This document shows positions 15,238 through 27,491 of a stretch of 64,000 nt of DNA, piece after piece. Both the position numbers and the translations under genes were made by a program. The notes under the pieces were generated by a model, which ran no database searches, was not told where the DNA came from, and saw only the letters and a program-made list of their open reading frames with translations. Origin of the DNA: the human T2T-CHM13v2.0 reference genome, Homo sapiens; NCBI RefSeq assembly GCF_009914755.1, contig NC_060939.1, one strand, 5' to 3'. How positions within the stretch are numbered: position 1 is the stretch's first letter; every line of letters begins with the position of its first letter.

Positions 15238-16013
15238 TATTAGGTACAGTAAGTTCCTCTTCAAAGGTTTAACCTGTTCAACTTCCTTGTTCTTTGTTCC
15301 TAAGAACAATTTCCCTGTACCTTCTCACCCCTATTTACCTGCTTAGTTATCTGCTCAGTTACCTGCCTTGTAAACAACTCTTCCCATCAGTCCCAACCTG
15401 TAACTCACATTCCCTCTCCCTTCCTTATTAGGGAGAATATTCGCGATAGCAAATCAAGTCTGCTTAGATTGTGTAGTCCGACTCCAGCCCATGTGGGAAT
15501 GACAGAGAGGTAGGGACTGCGTTAGGGATATAAACTCCTGCTCTATCCCGCTCGGTGTGCTCTTGCATTCGTGACTAATGCAAACAGCACTCTTTTGCAG
15601 AAGTAAGTTGTCTTGCTGAGAAAACTTTTTTTCCTGAGTGCTGGTTCTTCCTTGCAGCACTGATCATTTGTTTCTTTTTTCTTTCTTTTTTTTTTTTTTT
15701 TTTTGAGACAGAGTTTCGCTCTGTTGCCCAGGGTGGAGCACAGTGGCTTGATCTCAGCTCACTGCAAGCTCCACCTCCCAGGTTCACGCCATTCTCCTGC
15801 CTCAGCCTCCTGAGTAGCTGGGACTACAGGCACCCACCACTGCGCCCAGCTAATTTTTTTGTATTTTTTTTTTTTTAGTAGAGACGGCATTTCACCATGT
15901 TAGCCAGGATGGTCTCGATCTCCTGACTTCATGATCCGCCCACCTCGGCCTCCCAAAGTGCTGGGATTACAGGGGCGAGCCACTGCGCCCAGCCTGATCA
16001 TTTGTTTCTAACA
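15238..16013 (+). repeat. 5' LTR (contains an AluY insertion)
   Basis: TATTAGGTACAGTAAGTTCCTCTTCAAAGG...TTTGTTTCTAACA, a direct repeat of 23629-24068; TATA-like GATATAAA at ~15527. Confidence 0.92.
15676..15995 (-). mobile_element. AluY inserted in the U5 region of the 5' LTR
   Basis: AluY diagnostics (GCAAGCTCC, TTAGCCAGGATGGTCTCGATC); 15-bp TSD TGATCATTTGTTTCT at 15661-15675 and 15996-16010. Confidence 0.93.
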
Positions 16014-16016
16014 ATC

Positions 16017-16034
16017 TGGGGGCTCGTCCGGAAT
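16017..16034 (+). other. Retroviral primer-binding site, tRNA-Pro
   Basis: TGGGGGCTCGTCCGGAAT is 17/18 identical to the tRNA-Pro 3' complement TGGGGGCTCGTCCGGGAT and lies 3 nt after the LTR end. Confidence 0.9.
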
Positions 16035-16683
16035 TCCCATTCTCCTCTGAGAAAAGGGTCTCCAGTCACCAATAGTGAGGAGAAGCATCCCACTGCCTCA
16101 TTGAGGTGGCCTCATGGTGAGGGATCAGGACCCACCCAGTGTGATGAATAAACCCGGACTCTCAGCAGTCTGGAAAGGAACAGACCAACAACTTAAGAGA
16201 AAAGGATCCTCACATACCATGGTGACCAGGTAACTATGTGCACAGACCAACGTAAGAAACATCACAAGAGCGACAAAGTATTTTCTTGGTGGTTGGGATA
16301 TCTTGGAGATTGAAAGTGTGTGTTGAGACTCACAATTGAGTGCAAAGCAAGTGTTCAGTCCAGATCTGCAGTTCTGTGGTCACCTTATACAGCTTAAGGT
16401 AGCCTTTCTGTAAAGGAGTCTGGGTCAGGGGTTTCTACTGAAACAGCCATTGCTAAGAGGAAACCAACGTTCCCGTGAGGGAAGCAGCCAGAGAAGGATG
16501 AAGCGAAAGGAGAAAAGTGCAAGAAACCTCCAGCAGGGGGGTTGAGCCTCTAGGAAAGGAAAGGAAAGGAAAGGAAAGGTGAGAAATCTCCAGTAGGAGA
16601 GGTTGAGCCTTATACAAACCTCTCGTAACTGGGAAGAAATTTCTAGTAGGGGAAATTGAGCCTCACCCCAATCCCTTTTCAAG

Positions 16684-18207
16684 ATGGGAAATACCTCAAG
16701 TAATGCAGGGGAGAAAAAGGATAAAGCTAGCAACAATAACATTCCTCCTGATAGTCCCCTAGGGCTTATGCTAAAATATTGGAAAGAGAGTGAAAGGACT
16801 AAATACAAGAAAAAGCAGCAAATGATAAAATATTGTTGTTTCATTTGGACTCAGGAATCAATCCTGAAAAGCAAGTCAGAAATTAACTCCTCTGAGAAAG
16901 ATAAGGTCCCTGTTCCTAGACAGCTCACCAACACATGGAACTTCCTCCACCACCTTCCCCCGTCCAATACCCCTAACCTCCCTCCCCCTCAAGCAGAGGC
17001 AGTTGTCCCAGACCCTTCTCCTACCCACATTGTTCCCCCTCTTTATAACCCTGCCTCTTGGGAATTGTCCCAACAGCCTGCTCACTATCACCCTAAGTAC
17101 TCTTCCCTGAAAGGACTTCAATGTGAGATAGAGCAATGTAAAAGGGATATTCAGAACTTCCCCTTCCCCTCTACCTCGGGAGAATTAGCTCCACCTCTCT
17201 TCCCCTGAAGAGAGGTGTCCCTACGAGGAGGAGGTATTCACTTTGTAAATGCTCCTTTAACCAGCTCGGAGGTCCAAAACCTAAAAACAGAGTTCAAGCC
17301 ACACTATTAGACAACTCCAGTGGAATAGCAGATCGAATTAACCAATTTCTAGGACCACAGTTATATATACTTGGGCTGAGTTAATGTCCATCCTAGGCAT
17401 CCTTTTCTCAGGGGAAGAAAGAAGCATCATCTGTAGAGCTGCTATGGTAGCCTGGGAACATGAACACCCTCCTGGCCAAAACATTCATGCAGCGGATCAA
17501 AAATTCCCCAACCAAGACCCCTGCTGGGACAATAATAACGCAGCCCACTGAAGAGGATACGCAAGAACTTAGGGAAATGATAATAAAAGGGATTCGGGAG
17601 TCAGTACTCCGAACCCAAAATCTTACTCGAGCATTCGACATACAACAAAGGAAAGATGAAGGGCCTATCGAACTTTTAGACAGGTTGAAAGAACAAATGA
17701 GAAAATATGCTGGCCTAGATTTAGAAGATCCTCTTAGGCAGTGAATGTTAAAGCTTCATTTTGTTACTAACAGCCAGATATCACAAGGAAATTACAAAAG
17801 ATAGGAAATTGGAAGGACCATCCCACGAACGAGCTTCTTAGAGAAGCTCAGAAAGTGTGTGTAAGGAGGGATGAGGAGAAGCAAAAAGAAAAAATGAAAA
17901 TTATGTTATCCACCTTCCAACAGGGGGCCCCAAAGGATAAAACACACCAGTATTACTCTCTGTTACCCAGAGACCCACACACTCCCAAACAAAGCCTCCC
18001 GAGAGCCAAAACCTATAAAGATCCTAGGCCCCCACTTCCTAAGCCATATAAAGAACATAAGGAGGCAAAGCCGAGAAACCCAAAAATAGAGAGAAGAGAC
18101 AGAATCAATGCTTCAATTGTGAGAAAGTAGGCCACTTCAAGAGGTATTGTCCCAAATTAAAATCAGAAAGAGAAGTCATCCCACTTACGACCTTTGAGGA
18201 GGAATAG
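16684..18207 (+). pseudogene. gag: ERV gag (disrupted)
   Basis: Myristoylation-type start MGNTSS; capsid-like segment FDIQQRKDEGPIELLDRLKEQMRKY; zinc knuckle CFNCEKVGHFKRYC (~18109-18150); TAG at 18205-18207; several frameshifts and stops. Confidence 0.87.
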
Positions 18208-21200
18208 GGGGGTTAGGGGCTCTGTCTCTTTTACCTTGAATCCCACCAAGAGCCCTTGATAAATTTAGAAGTGGAACCCAAATCTGAGCTTATGACCTTT
18301 TTAGTAGACTCAGGAGCAGCCTGCTCCTCTGTTTGTTACCTTCCCCCACAATATAACCTGGTCCTCAGAGGAGCTTGTAGTCTCAGGGGTAAAAGGAGAG
18401 GGAATCAAACTAAAAATTTTAAAAGAAACAGAAATTAGATGTAAAAACTGCTCAGCTAATGTTGAATTTTTGTTAATTTCAGAGGCAGGAACTAATCTAT
18501 TAGGAAGAAACTTAATGTTAAAATTAGGTATAGGTTTACGTATTGGCTCAGAAGGATTCTACACTTCATTAAACCTGCTCACCACTGCAGAAGAAACATA
18601 CATTCATCCTGATGTTTGGGCAAGGGAAGGAAATTGGGGAAAACTCCAAATTCCCCCTATACATATAAAGTTAAAAACCCCTGGAGAAATAGTAAGAAGA
18701 AAGCAATATCCTATTCCTTTAGAAGGCAGAATAGGCCTGAAACCTGTAATTGAAAGCCTCATCAAGGATGGGCTCCTTGAACCCTGTATGTCCCCTTATA
18801 ACACCCCAATACTGCCTGTGAAGAAACCAGATAGGTCATGTCGACTAGCATAAGACCTCTGGGCCATCAACCAGACAGTCTAGACTACCCATCCTGTTGT
18901 CCCTAATCCTTAAACCATTCTCAGTAAAATTCCATATGAACATCAATGGTTTACAGTAATAGGTTTAAAAGATGCCTTTTGAGCATGCTCCTTGGATGAG
19001 GAGAGCTGAGACATTTTTGCTTTCGAATGGGAAGATCCCCATTCTGGATGACAGCAACAGTATCGATAGACAGCTCTACCCCCGGGCTTCACAGATTCCC
19101 CTAATCTCTTTGGTCAAATTCTAGAACAAGTGTTAGAACAAGTTTATACCCCAAAATGTATATGTCTGCTCCAGTACGTAGATGACTTATTAATATCCGG
19201 TTAGGCTATAGAAAAGGTATCTGCTTTCTCCATCCATATCCTTAACCATTTGTAAGGAGAGGGGCTATGGGTTTCAAAGAGAAAGCTTCAATTCATAGAG
19301 CCTGAAGTTAAATACCTAGGACACTTAATAAGTAACGGCAAACGAAGGATAGGGCCTGAGAGGGTTGAAGGGATTGTATCCATACCTTTGCCTAAGACTA
19401 AACAAGAACTCAGAAAATTCCTAGGGATAGCCGGATATTGCCGCTTATGGATTGACTCATATGCCCTTGTCATAAAGCCTCTCTACCTAAAAATCACCCA
19501 AGAAAAGCCTGACCCTCTCCTCTGGACTTCTGAAGAACTCCACCAGGTTGAGGAGCTAAAACATCTGCTTATAACTGCCTCTGTTTTAGCTTTGCCTTCC
19601 CTAGAAAAGCCATTTCACCTTTCTGTTAACATAAATAAGGGGGTAGCTTTAGGGGTCCTTACCCAAGAACACGGAGGTCACCAGCAACCCATGGATCTCC
19701 TATCAAAAGTTTTAGATCCAGTAACCTGTGGATGGCCTGAATGTTTCAATCCATTGCAGCTACCGCCTTGTTAACTAAAGAAAGCAGAAAACTAACCTTT
19801 GGGGGAAAGTTAGTTGTAAACATGCCCCATCAGGTTAGAGCCATCTTAAATTAAAAGGCAGGAAGGTGGCTTACTGACTTGAGAATTTTAAAGTATGAAG
19901 CTATCCTGTTAGAAAGAGATGATTTAACACTAACCACTGATAATTCACTTAACCCAGAGGTTTCCTGACTGGAGATTCAAATCTAAAGAGACCTGAGCAT
20001 GAGTGTTTAGATTTAATGATCATACAAAAGTTAGGCCTGATTTAAGAGAGACCCCTTACAAAACGGGGCAGGGCTTCTTTATAGATGGCTCTTCCCAAGT
20101 AATTGAAGGAAAAAGGCGTAATAGGTACTCAGTAGTAGATGGGGAGGCACTTGAAGAAGTAGAGTCAGGAAGCCTGCCAAATAATTGGTCTGCCCAAACA
20201 TGTGAATGAATTGTTTGCATTAAATCAAGCCTTAAAGCACTTGCAAAACCAAGAACGGACTATTTATACTGATTCCAAGTATGCCTTTGGGGCAGCTCAC
20301 ACCTTTGGAAAAATTTGGACTGAACGAGATCTTATTAATAGCAAAGGCCAAGACCTGGGCCACAAAGAATTAATCACCCAAGTATTAGATAACCTGCAGC
20401 TGCCAGAATAGCTATTGTCCATGTTCCAGGACATCAGAAAGGTCTTTCTTTTCAAAGCGGAAGGAATAACCTAGCAGATCAAATAGCCAAACACACTGCC
20501 GTTTCCTCTGAAAATGCCTGTTTTTCACTTAGCCCCTTGCCTTCCTCCCTCGACTGCAGTCCCCATCTTTTCTCCCGCTGAAAAGGAAAAATTAATAAAA
20601 ATAGGAGCCAAAGAAAATTCAGAAGGGAAATGGGTGTCACCAGACCAAAGAGAAATGTTATCCAAACCCCTCATGAGGGAAATCCTCTTTCATCTGCATC
20701 AAGGGACTCATTAGGGACCTCAAGCTAAGTGTGATGCAGTCCTCGGGGTCTACAGATGTATAGGAATTTACATTTTGGCAAGACAAGTTACAGATAGTTG
20801 CCTAGTATGTAAGAAGACTAATAAGCAGATCCTCAGAAAACCACCTGTTGGAGGGAGAAATCCAGGATTAAGGCTGTTCCAAAGTGTCCAAATTGATTAT
20901 GCCGAAATGCCCCCAATTGGTCACTTAAAATATTTATTAGTGATAGATCACCTTACTCATTGGGTAGAAGCTATTCCCTTTTCAAGTGCAACTGCTAGTA
21001 ATGTACTCAAGGCATTAGTTGAAAATATTATACCCAGGTTTGGATTAATAGAAAATGCTGATTCAGACAACAGGACTCATTTCACTGCACATGTTCTTAA
21101 GAAACTAGCCCAAGTACTAGATATAACATGGGACTACCATAACCCCTGGCACCCACCTTCATCAGGAAGAGTAGAAAGAATGAATCAGACTCTGAAAAAC

Positions 21201-21710
21201 CACCTAACCAAATTAGTCCTAGAGACTCGGTTGCCATGGACTAAATGCCTCCCCATGGCCTTGTGAAGATTCCAAACTGCCCCTAGGAAAGATGTCAGCT
21301 CACCTCCTTATGAAATGCTGTATGAGTTGCCTTATCTACACTCCACTGCTGACATTCCTCGTTCGAAACAAAAGATCTGTTTCTCAAGAACTATATACTT
21401 GGTCTATCCTCCACTTTCTCTTTCCTTAGGACTAAAGGCCTCTTGGCACATACACCACCCCTTGAATTTCCAGTTCACCACCACCAGCCCGGACAGTGAT
21501 CACATTCTCATCAGAGGTCAGAAAGAAAGGAAGCTCAAGCCCACCTGGGAGGGACATTATCTAGTGTTTCTAATGACTGAGACAGCCGTCCACACCACTG
21601 AAAAAGAATGGACTCACCATACCTGAGTCAAAAGAGCACCACCCACTCCAGAATCATGGACAGCTATTTCAGGGCCAATTCCAACCAAGTTAAAGCTAAA
21701 ACGGGTTTGA
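18208..21710 (+). pseudogene. pol: ERV pro-pol (protease, RT, RNase H, integrase; disrupted)
   Basis: Protease FLVDSGA and LLGRNL; RT QYPIP, SPYNTPILPVKK, LLQYVDDLL (~19166-19192); RNaseH FIDGSS and IYTDSKY; integrase QIDYAEMP and HPPSSGRVERMN; many stops. Confidence 0.9.
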
Positions 21711-21717
21711 TCCTCTT

Positions 21718-23634
21718 ATGCTATATTTCTTTTCCCCTTCTATTGCTAGTCCTCTCGTTATTAATGTAACTAGGTCGAGCTCACCCCAAACTATTACCTT
21801 TGATGCTTGCCTTGTTATATCCTGTGGAGATCTCCAAAGTCAAAAGCAACTCTCAGCCTCAGAGAAGTATCTCCGTCCCTTTCAGACAAAAGCCTCCCCC
21901 ATTACGACTCTTGTTCCTTAAGAAATGTAGGGAAACAGGCCTGCCACAGCTGGAATGATATTATGTGGACAACTGAACATCAGGGCTTTGTCAACAGGCA
22001 GTTGTAAGTCTCTAAAACCATGTTTGCTTTGTTAAAGGAAACATTCCCCACCCCGACTGCCAGTATAACCAATGTAATCCAGTGCAAATTTCTATTCTTA
22101 TCCCCACTTCTGCCAACCCTAAACCTACTTTAAGTCGCTTATACGGCATAGGAGCCAAAATAGCAGGGACACATCTTATAGAATCCTTTGAAATGCATTT
22201 CATTACTTTCTCACCTCCTCCACCTCCTTCTACACTCTCTCTCAACGAAACCACTGTTCTTCCTTCAACCAAGGATAAAATCAAGGTAAGCCATTGTAGA
22301 AGTTAAAAATTTGAAACAAACCATAGCAACTGAGACAGGGTACCAAGATGCAAATGCTTGGTTAGAATGGATTAAATATTCTGTCCGCACTCTAAACAAA
22401 AGCAACTGTTACACTTGTGCGCACAGTAGGCCAGAGGCCCAGGTTGTCCCCTTTCCACTCGGATGGTCTTCCAGCCAACTGGGCATGAGCTGTATGGTAG
22501 CTCTTCTCCAAGACCCCACAGCCTGGGGTAATGAATCTTGCCAAGCTCTCTCTCTGCTATTCCCTAAAGTCCAACACCCTGCAGGTCAGTCCCTGAGGGC
22601 CATCCAGCCTCCATCTATTGACACCAATTTTTACCTCGGGTCTCTCACAACAAGGGGAAAACTTGGCATTTCATGAAGACCTAAAGGGATGCGGTGAACT
22701 TAAACTCTCCCAAGAGCTTACCAGTCAGTCTGCCCTTGTTCATCCTCGAGCATACGTATGGTGGTATTGTGGTGGACCCTTACTGGACACTCTGCCAAGT
22801 AACTGGAGTGGTACTTGTGCTCTAGTCCAACTGGCCATCCCTTTCACCCTAGCATTCCATTAACATAATAGAAGAGAAAATCAGAAGAGAAGAAGTGACC
22901 TTCATGGGTCCTTTGACTCCCACGTTTATAAAGATGCTACTGGAGTTCCACGAGGGGTACCAGATAAATTTAAGGCCCGAAATCAAACAGCTTCAGGATT
23001 TGAATCTGTGCTGTTTTGGTGGTCAACTGTAAATAAAAATGTAGATTGGATAAACTACATTTATTACAACCAACAAAGGTTTGTTAACTACACAAGACAT
23101 GCCATTAAGGGAACAGCCTCCCAATTAGGTCCCATTAACTAAATAGTCTGGGAAAACAGGATAGCCCTAGATACGATGCTAGCAGAAAAAGGTGGTGTCT
23201 GTGTCATGATTGGAGTCCAATGATGTACTTTTATTCCTAATAACACAGCCCCTGACGGAACAGTAACAAAAGCTTTGCAGGACCTAACCTCCTTATCCAA
23301 TGAGTTAGCAAGCAATTCTGGAATAAATGATCCCTTTACAAGTTTAATGGAGAAATGGTCTGGAAAATGGAAAGGCTCAATGTCCTCAATATTTACTTCT
23401 CTTGCAATCGTTATAGGTGTGCTTATTCTTGTTGGATGCTGTATCATACCATACATTTGTGGACTACTGCAAAGACTCATAGACACAGAACTTACCAAAA
23501 CCTCTCTTAGCTCTCCTCCACCCTATTCAGATAAGCTTTTCCTTCTAGAAAACCAAGCAGAACAGCAAAGCAAAGACATGCTAAAAAAGTTTGAAGAGGA
23601 AGAATTACAAAAATTAAGAGGGGGGAATTGTTAG
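21718..23634 (+). pseudogene. env: ERV env (disrupted)
   Basis: SU motif LPSNWSGTCALVQL; basic cleavage-like site near 22885; immunosuppressive-domain-like WENRIALDTMLAEKGGVCV; TM helix IFTSLAIVIGVLILVGCCII; frameshifts and stops. Confidence 0.87.
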
Positions 23635-24068
23635 GTACAGTAAGTTCCTCTTCAAAGGTTTAACTTGTTCAACTTCCTTGTTCTCTGTTCCTAAGAACAA
23701 TTTCCCTGTACCTTCTCGACCCTACTTACCAGCTTAGTTACCTGCTTAGTAACCTGCCTTGTAAACAACTCTTCCTACCAGCCCCAATCTGTAACTCACA
23801 TTCCCCCTCCCTTTCTTATTAGAGAAAATATTCACAATATCCAGCTGAGTCAGCTAAGATTGTGCAGTCCTACCCCAGCCCATGTTGGAATGACACAGAG
23901 GTAGGGAGTGCATTAGGGATAAGAACCCCTGCTCCACCCCGTTTGGTGTGCTCTTGCAATCATGACTAATGCAAGCAGCATACTTGCAGAAGCAAATTGT
24001 CTTGCTGAGAAAACTTTTTTGCCTGAGTGCTGCTTCTTCCTCACAGCACCAATCATTTGTTTCTAACA
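23629..24068 (+). repeat. 3' LTR preceded by a polypurine tract (AAGAGGGGGGAA)
   Basis: TGTTAGGTACAG...TTTCTAACA with TG..CA termini, homologous to the 5' LTR. Confidence 0.93.
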
Positions 24069-25599
24069 ATCTCGCTAAAAGCAGCCTAGAAAGCAGCCAC
24101 TTATGCAGAAAGAGTAATAATTTATGCTCTACAAGTCATATAAAAAATGAAGTTTCATTTGTTTACCGGCTAATTTACTTCCTGGGAGACATTTTTCATT
24201 CTAAAACAGTGATTCCCTACCAAGAGTTCATAGATGCCAAGAAGTCCATAAAAGGCGTAATGGAATTGCCAAATTATGTTAAATACTTCAAAAGGACTCA
24301 AAGCCATATACTAGTTCCCAATAGGCCTGCACAAGTTATTAGAACAAGCTGCTTTGCATTCTTGTGTGATCAGAACCAGTAACTAGATGGCAATCAGGTC
24401 TGTTACTGAAGATGGAAAAACTATACTTAAGTTTGTATAACAATCTTTCATAACATGGCTTCACAGAAAAGAAGTATAAAAAGGATTCCTTGGTTGAAAA
24501 AGAGTGCTCTTTTCCCTTCATTATTTAAGATTAGGGCAAATTTATAAAACAGGAAAAAAATAGCACAAATCCCTTGGCAAACAGAGTAAAACATCTACTC
24601 TGTTTTGCTTTTTTTCACTTCTTACACTCTCTTTCATAGGAAGTCAATTTACAGACTTCCATCAAGCCCTTAGAGACCTTTTTGTACTATCCATGACAAG
24701 CTCTTGATGTTATCTCTGCACTTTTGACAAATTCTTAGCAGTTAACTTACAAGGCAGTTAAGATTTTTGTTCAAGCACAATATAGCTAGAATAGGCTCAT
24801 ACATTCAATAAAACAAATATTTACCAAGCATTTATTGAGTGGAAGATAAAAAGCACAAAGCATAATTATAAAATATTTTCCCCTGCCACCATAAAAAAAT
24901 TAAACAGGCTTACAGAATACAGTGTAAGAAAACATGACCAAAGCAAAAATAGTAAGGACTAAAGAAGGGAGGAAGGGGAAATATCAACATGGACTGAATA
25001 TGACCCAAAAGAGCCTTGATGGATGGTCAGACATGTAAAGGCAAATTGGTTAGGGTTAAGGGGTGGAGGTCAGGGCACGTTCTATAGGGAAACGGCAGCT
25101 GATACAGAAGCCTGAAAGGAAAAGCGGGCAGAGCACCTGGACAGGACTCTTCAGGAACGAGCACGCACGTGCGTGAAAAACAACTTAGTGAGGTACCGTT
25201 CACCCAAACATTAGAGAAACCGCGTAAAAATGCTTCTTGGTAAGCATGAAGAAGGCAGGGCTCGCCCTGTAGAAGAACTCAATAAACATTTGAACTGTCT
25301 AAAGAGTAAAAGTTAATGAATAGGCCAAACTCACTCCTTTCTTTGTTTTAAGAGCTACAACTTTAGAGAATAACAAATCACAAACCCAGTAGACAGGTCC
25401 TGGCATTTCAAATCCAACCCCATTTTTCCCTTAATCTTTCCCCTCTGAGCAAATGGTATCGACATGAACAAGCCATGTTGATTTGATCAAGACACTCATC
25501 CATGGTTAAAAGAGTCTTTACTTTCAAGAGATACAAACAGAAATATTTACATGGGCTAATTTACTGGGCAACAAGAGAGAAACTCCGTCTCAAAAAAAA

Positions 25600-26020
25600 A
25601 AAAGGAAATAAAAGCATACAAAGTGAAAACAAAGAAATTAAACTGCCCTTATTTGCCAGTGACATTACTGTCTATGCACAAAATTCCAAAAATCTACAAA
25701 AAAGCTTCTAGTACTAAAAATGAGTTTAGCAAGGTTGTAGAATCCAAGGTCAGCATATAACATAAAATCACCTTCCTATATACTAGCAATCACCAACTGG
25801 AAATTGAGAAGTATCATTCACAACAGTACCACAAACATGAAATAAATGTGTAAGATTACAAAATACAAGCAAGATCCAACTGCTAAAAACTACAAAACAC
25901 TGACGAAAAATCTAAGAAGGTCTAAATAAATAGATATACCATGTTCATGGCTCATTATTAAAATGTCAGTTGCCTCCTAACTGATTTCCAGTTTCAATGC
26001 AATGTCAATCAAAAACCCCA
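25600..26020 (+). mobile_element. Old L1 (L1M) ORF2 fragment
   Basis: KEIKLPLFASDITVY resembles the L1 RT LFADDMIVY motif; A-rich L1 composition. Confidence 0.65.
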
Positions 26021-26021
26021 G

Positions 26022-26279
26022 CAGGCTCTCACGCCTGTAAGCCCTACACTTTGGGAGACCATGGTGGGAGGATTGCTTCATCCCGGGAGTTTGAGACCAG
26101 GCTGGGCAACATAGAAAGACCCTGTCTCTACAAAAATAAAAAAATTAGCCAGGCATGGCGGTGCATGCATGTGATCCCAGCTACTTGGGAGGCTGAGGTG
26201 GGATAATCGCTTGGTTCAAGGCTGCAGTGAGCAGTGATCCTGCCACTGCGTTTCAGCCTGGGCAACTGAGTGGGACACT
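26022..26279 (+). mobile_element. AluJ-like element abutting an inverted AluS
   Basis: Alu consensus ending directly at the poly-T of the next Alu. Confidence 0.8.
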
Positions 26280-26679
<400 letters not shown>

Positions 26680-26779
26680 CTACTTCCAAATGGATGCCTG
26701 TCCCCATCAGTAATAACCAAGTCTATTCAAGTGCTAGATGTTAACTTTAAAAGAAGGAAACATCAAAAGTCCAAGTTTC

Positions 26780-27069
26780 AGCCGGGTGCAGTGGCTCATG
26801 CCTGTAATCCCAGCACTTTAGGAGGCTGAGGCGGGTGGATCACGAGGTCAGGAGTTCAAGACCAGCCTGGTCAATATGGTGAAACCCCGTCTCTACTAAA
26901 AATAAAAAATTAGTCAGGCATGGTGGCGTGTGCCTGTAGTCCCAGCTACTCGGGAGAGGCAGAAGATTCGCTTCAACCGGGGAAGCAGAGGTTGCAGTGA
27001 GCCAAGATCGTGCTACTGCACTCCAGCCTGGGTGACAGAGCGAGACTCCGTCTCAAAAAAAAAAAAAAA
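26780..27069 (+). mobile_element. AluS element
   Basis: Full Alu with poly-A. Confidence 0.92.
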
Positions 27070-27257
27070 GTCCAGGTGTCTTCGCCTAGCTTTGTCAGGA
27101 ATGTTTTTACCCTCAGTCTGTAAGTGTGACCAAATATATTTTTTAAAGGTTTACCCTCAATCTGTTAAGTTCAAAGGTTTACTATAATCTCTTCATAAGA
27201 AAACTATTGGAAAGATGGAATAAAATACACAGAAATGTCCTTAACAGGTAAATATTT

Positions 27258-27491
27258 ATTTTTCTTTCTTATTATTATACTTTAAGTTCTGGGGTATATG
27301 TGCAGAACGTGCAGGTTTGTTGCATAGGTACACACGTGCCATGGTGGTTTGCTGCACCCATCAACTCGTCATCTACACTAGGTATTTCTCCTAATGCTAT
27401 CCCTCCCCTAGCCCCCCAACCCCCAACAGGCCCCAGTGTGTGATGTTCCCCCCTCCCTGTGTCCGTGTGTTCTCACTGTTCAACTCCCACT
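27258..27491 (-). mobile_element. 5'-truncated L1PA 3' end
   Basis: TTATTATACTTTAAGTTCTGGGG...CATGGTGGTTTGCTGCACCCATCAAC...CAACTCCCACT; TSD ACAGGT(A/G)AATATTT. Confidence 0.9.

Larger units (their letters stand above)
15238..24068 (+). mobile_element. Full-length defective endogenous retrovirus, ERV1 class (HERV-IP10/LTR10-like): LTR-gag-pro-pol-env-LTR
   Basis: Paired LTRs 15238-16013 and 23629-24068; tRNA-Pro PBS; PPT; gag, pro, RT, RNaseH, IN and env motifs in order; imperfect TSD AACT/ATCT. Confidence 0.93.

Noticed and set aside
21718-23634. Possible co-opted (syncytin-like) env
   Set aside because: Broken by multiple frameshifts and stops, including one in the TM cysteine motif; no fragment exceeds ~121 aa.
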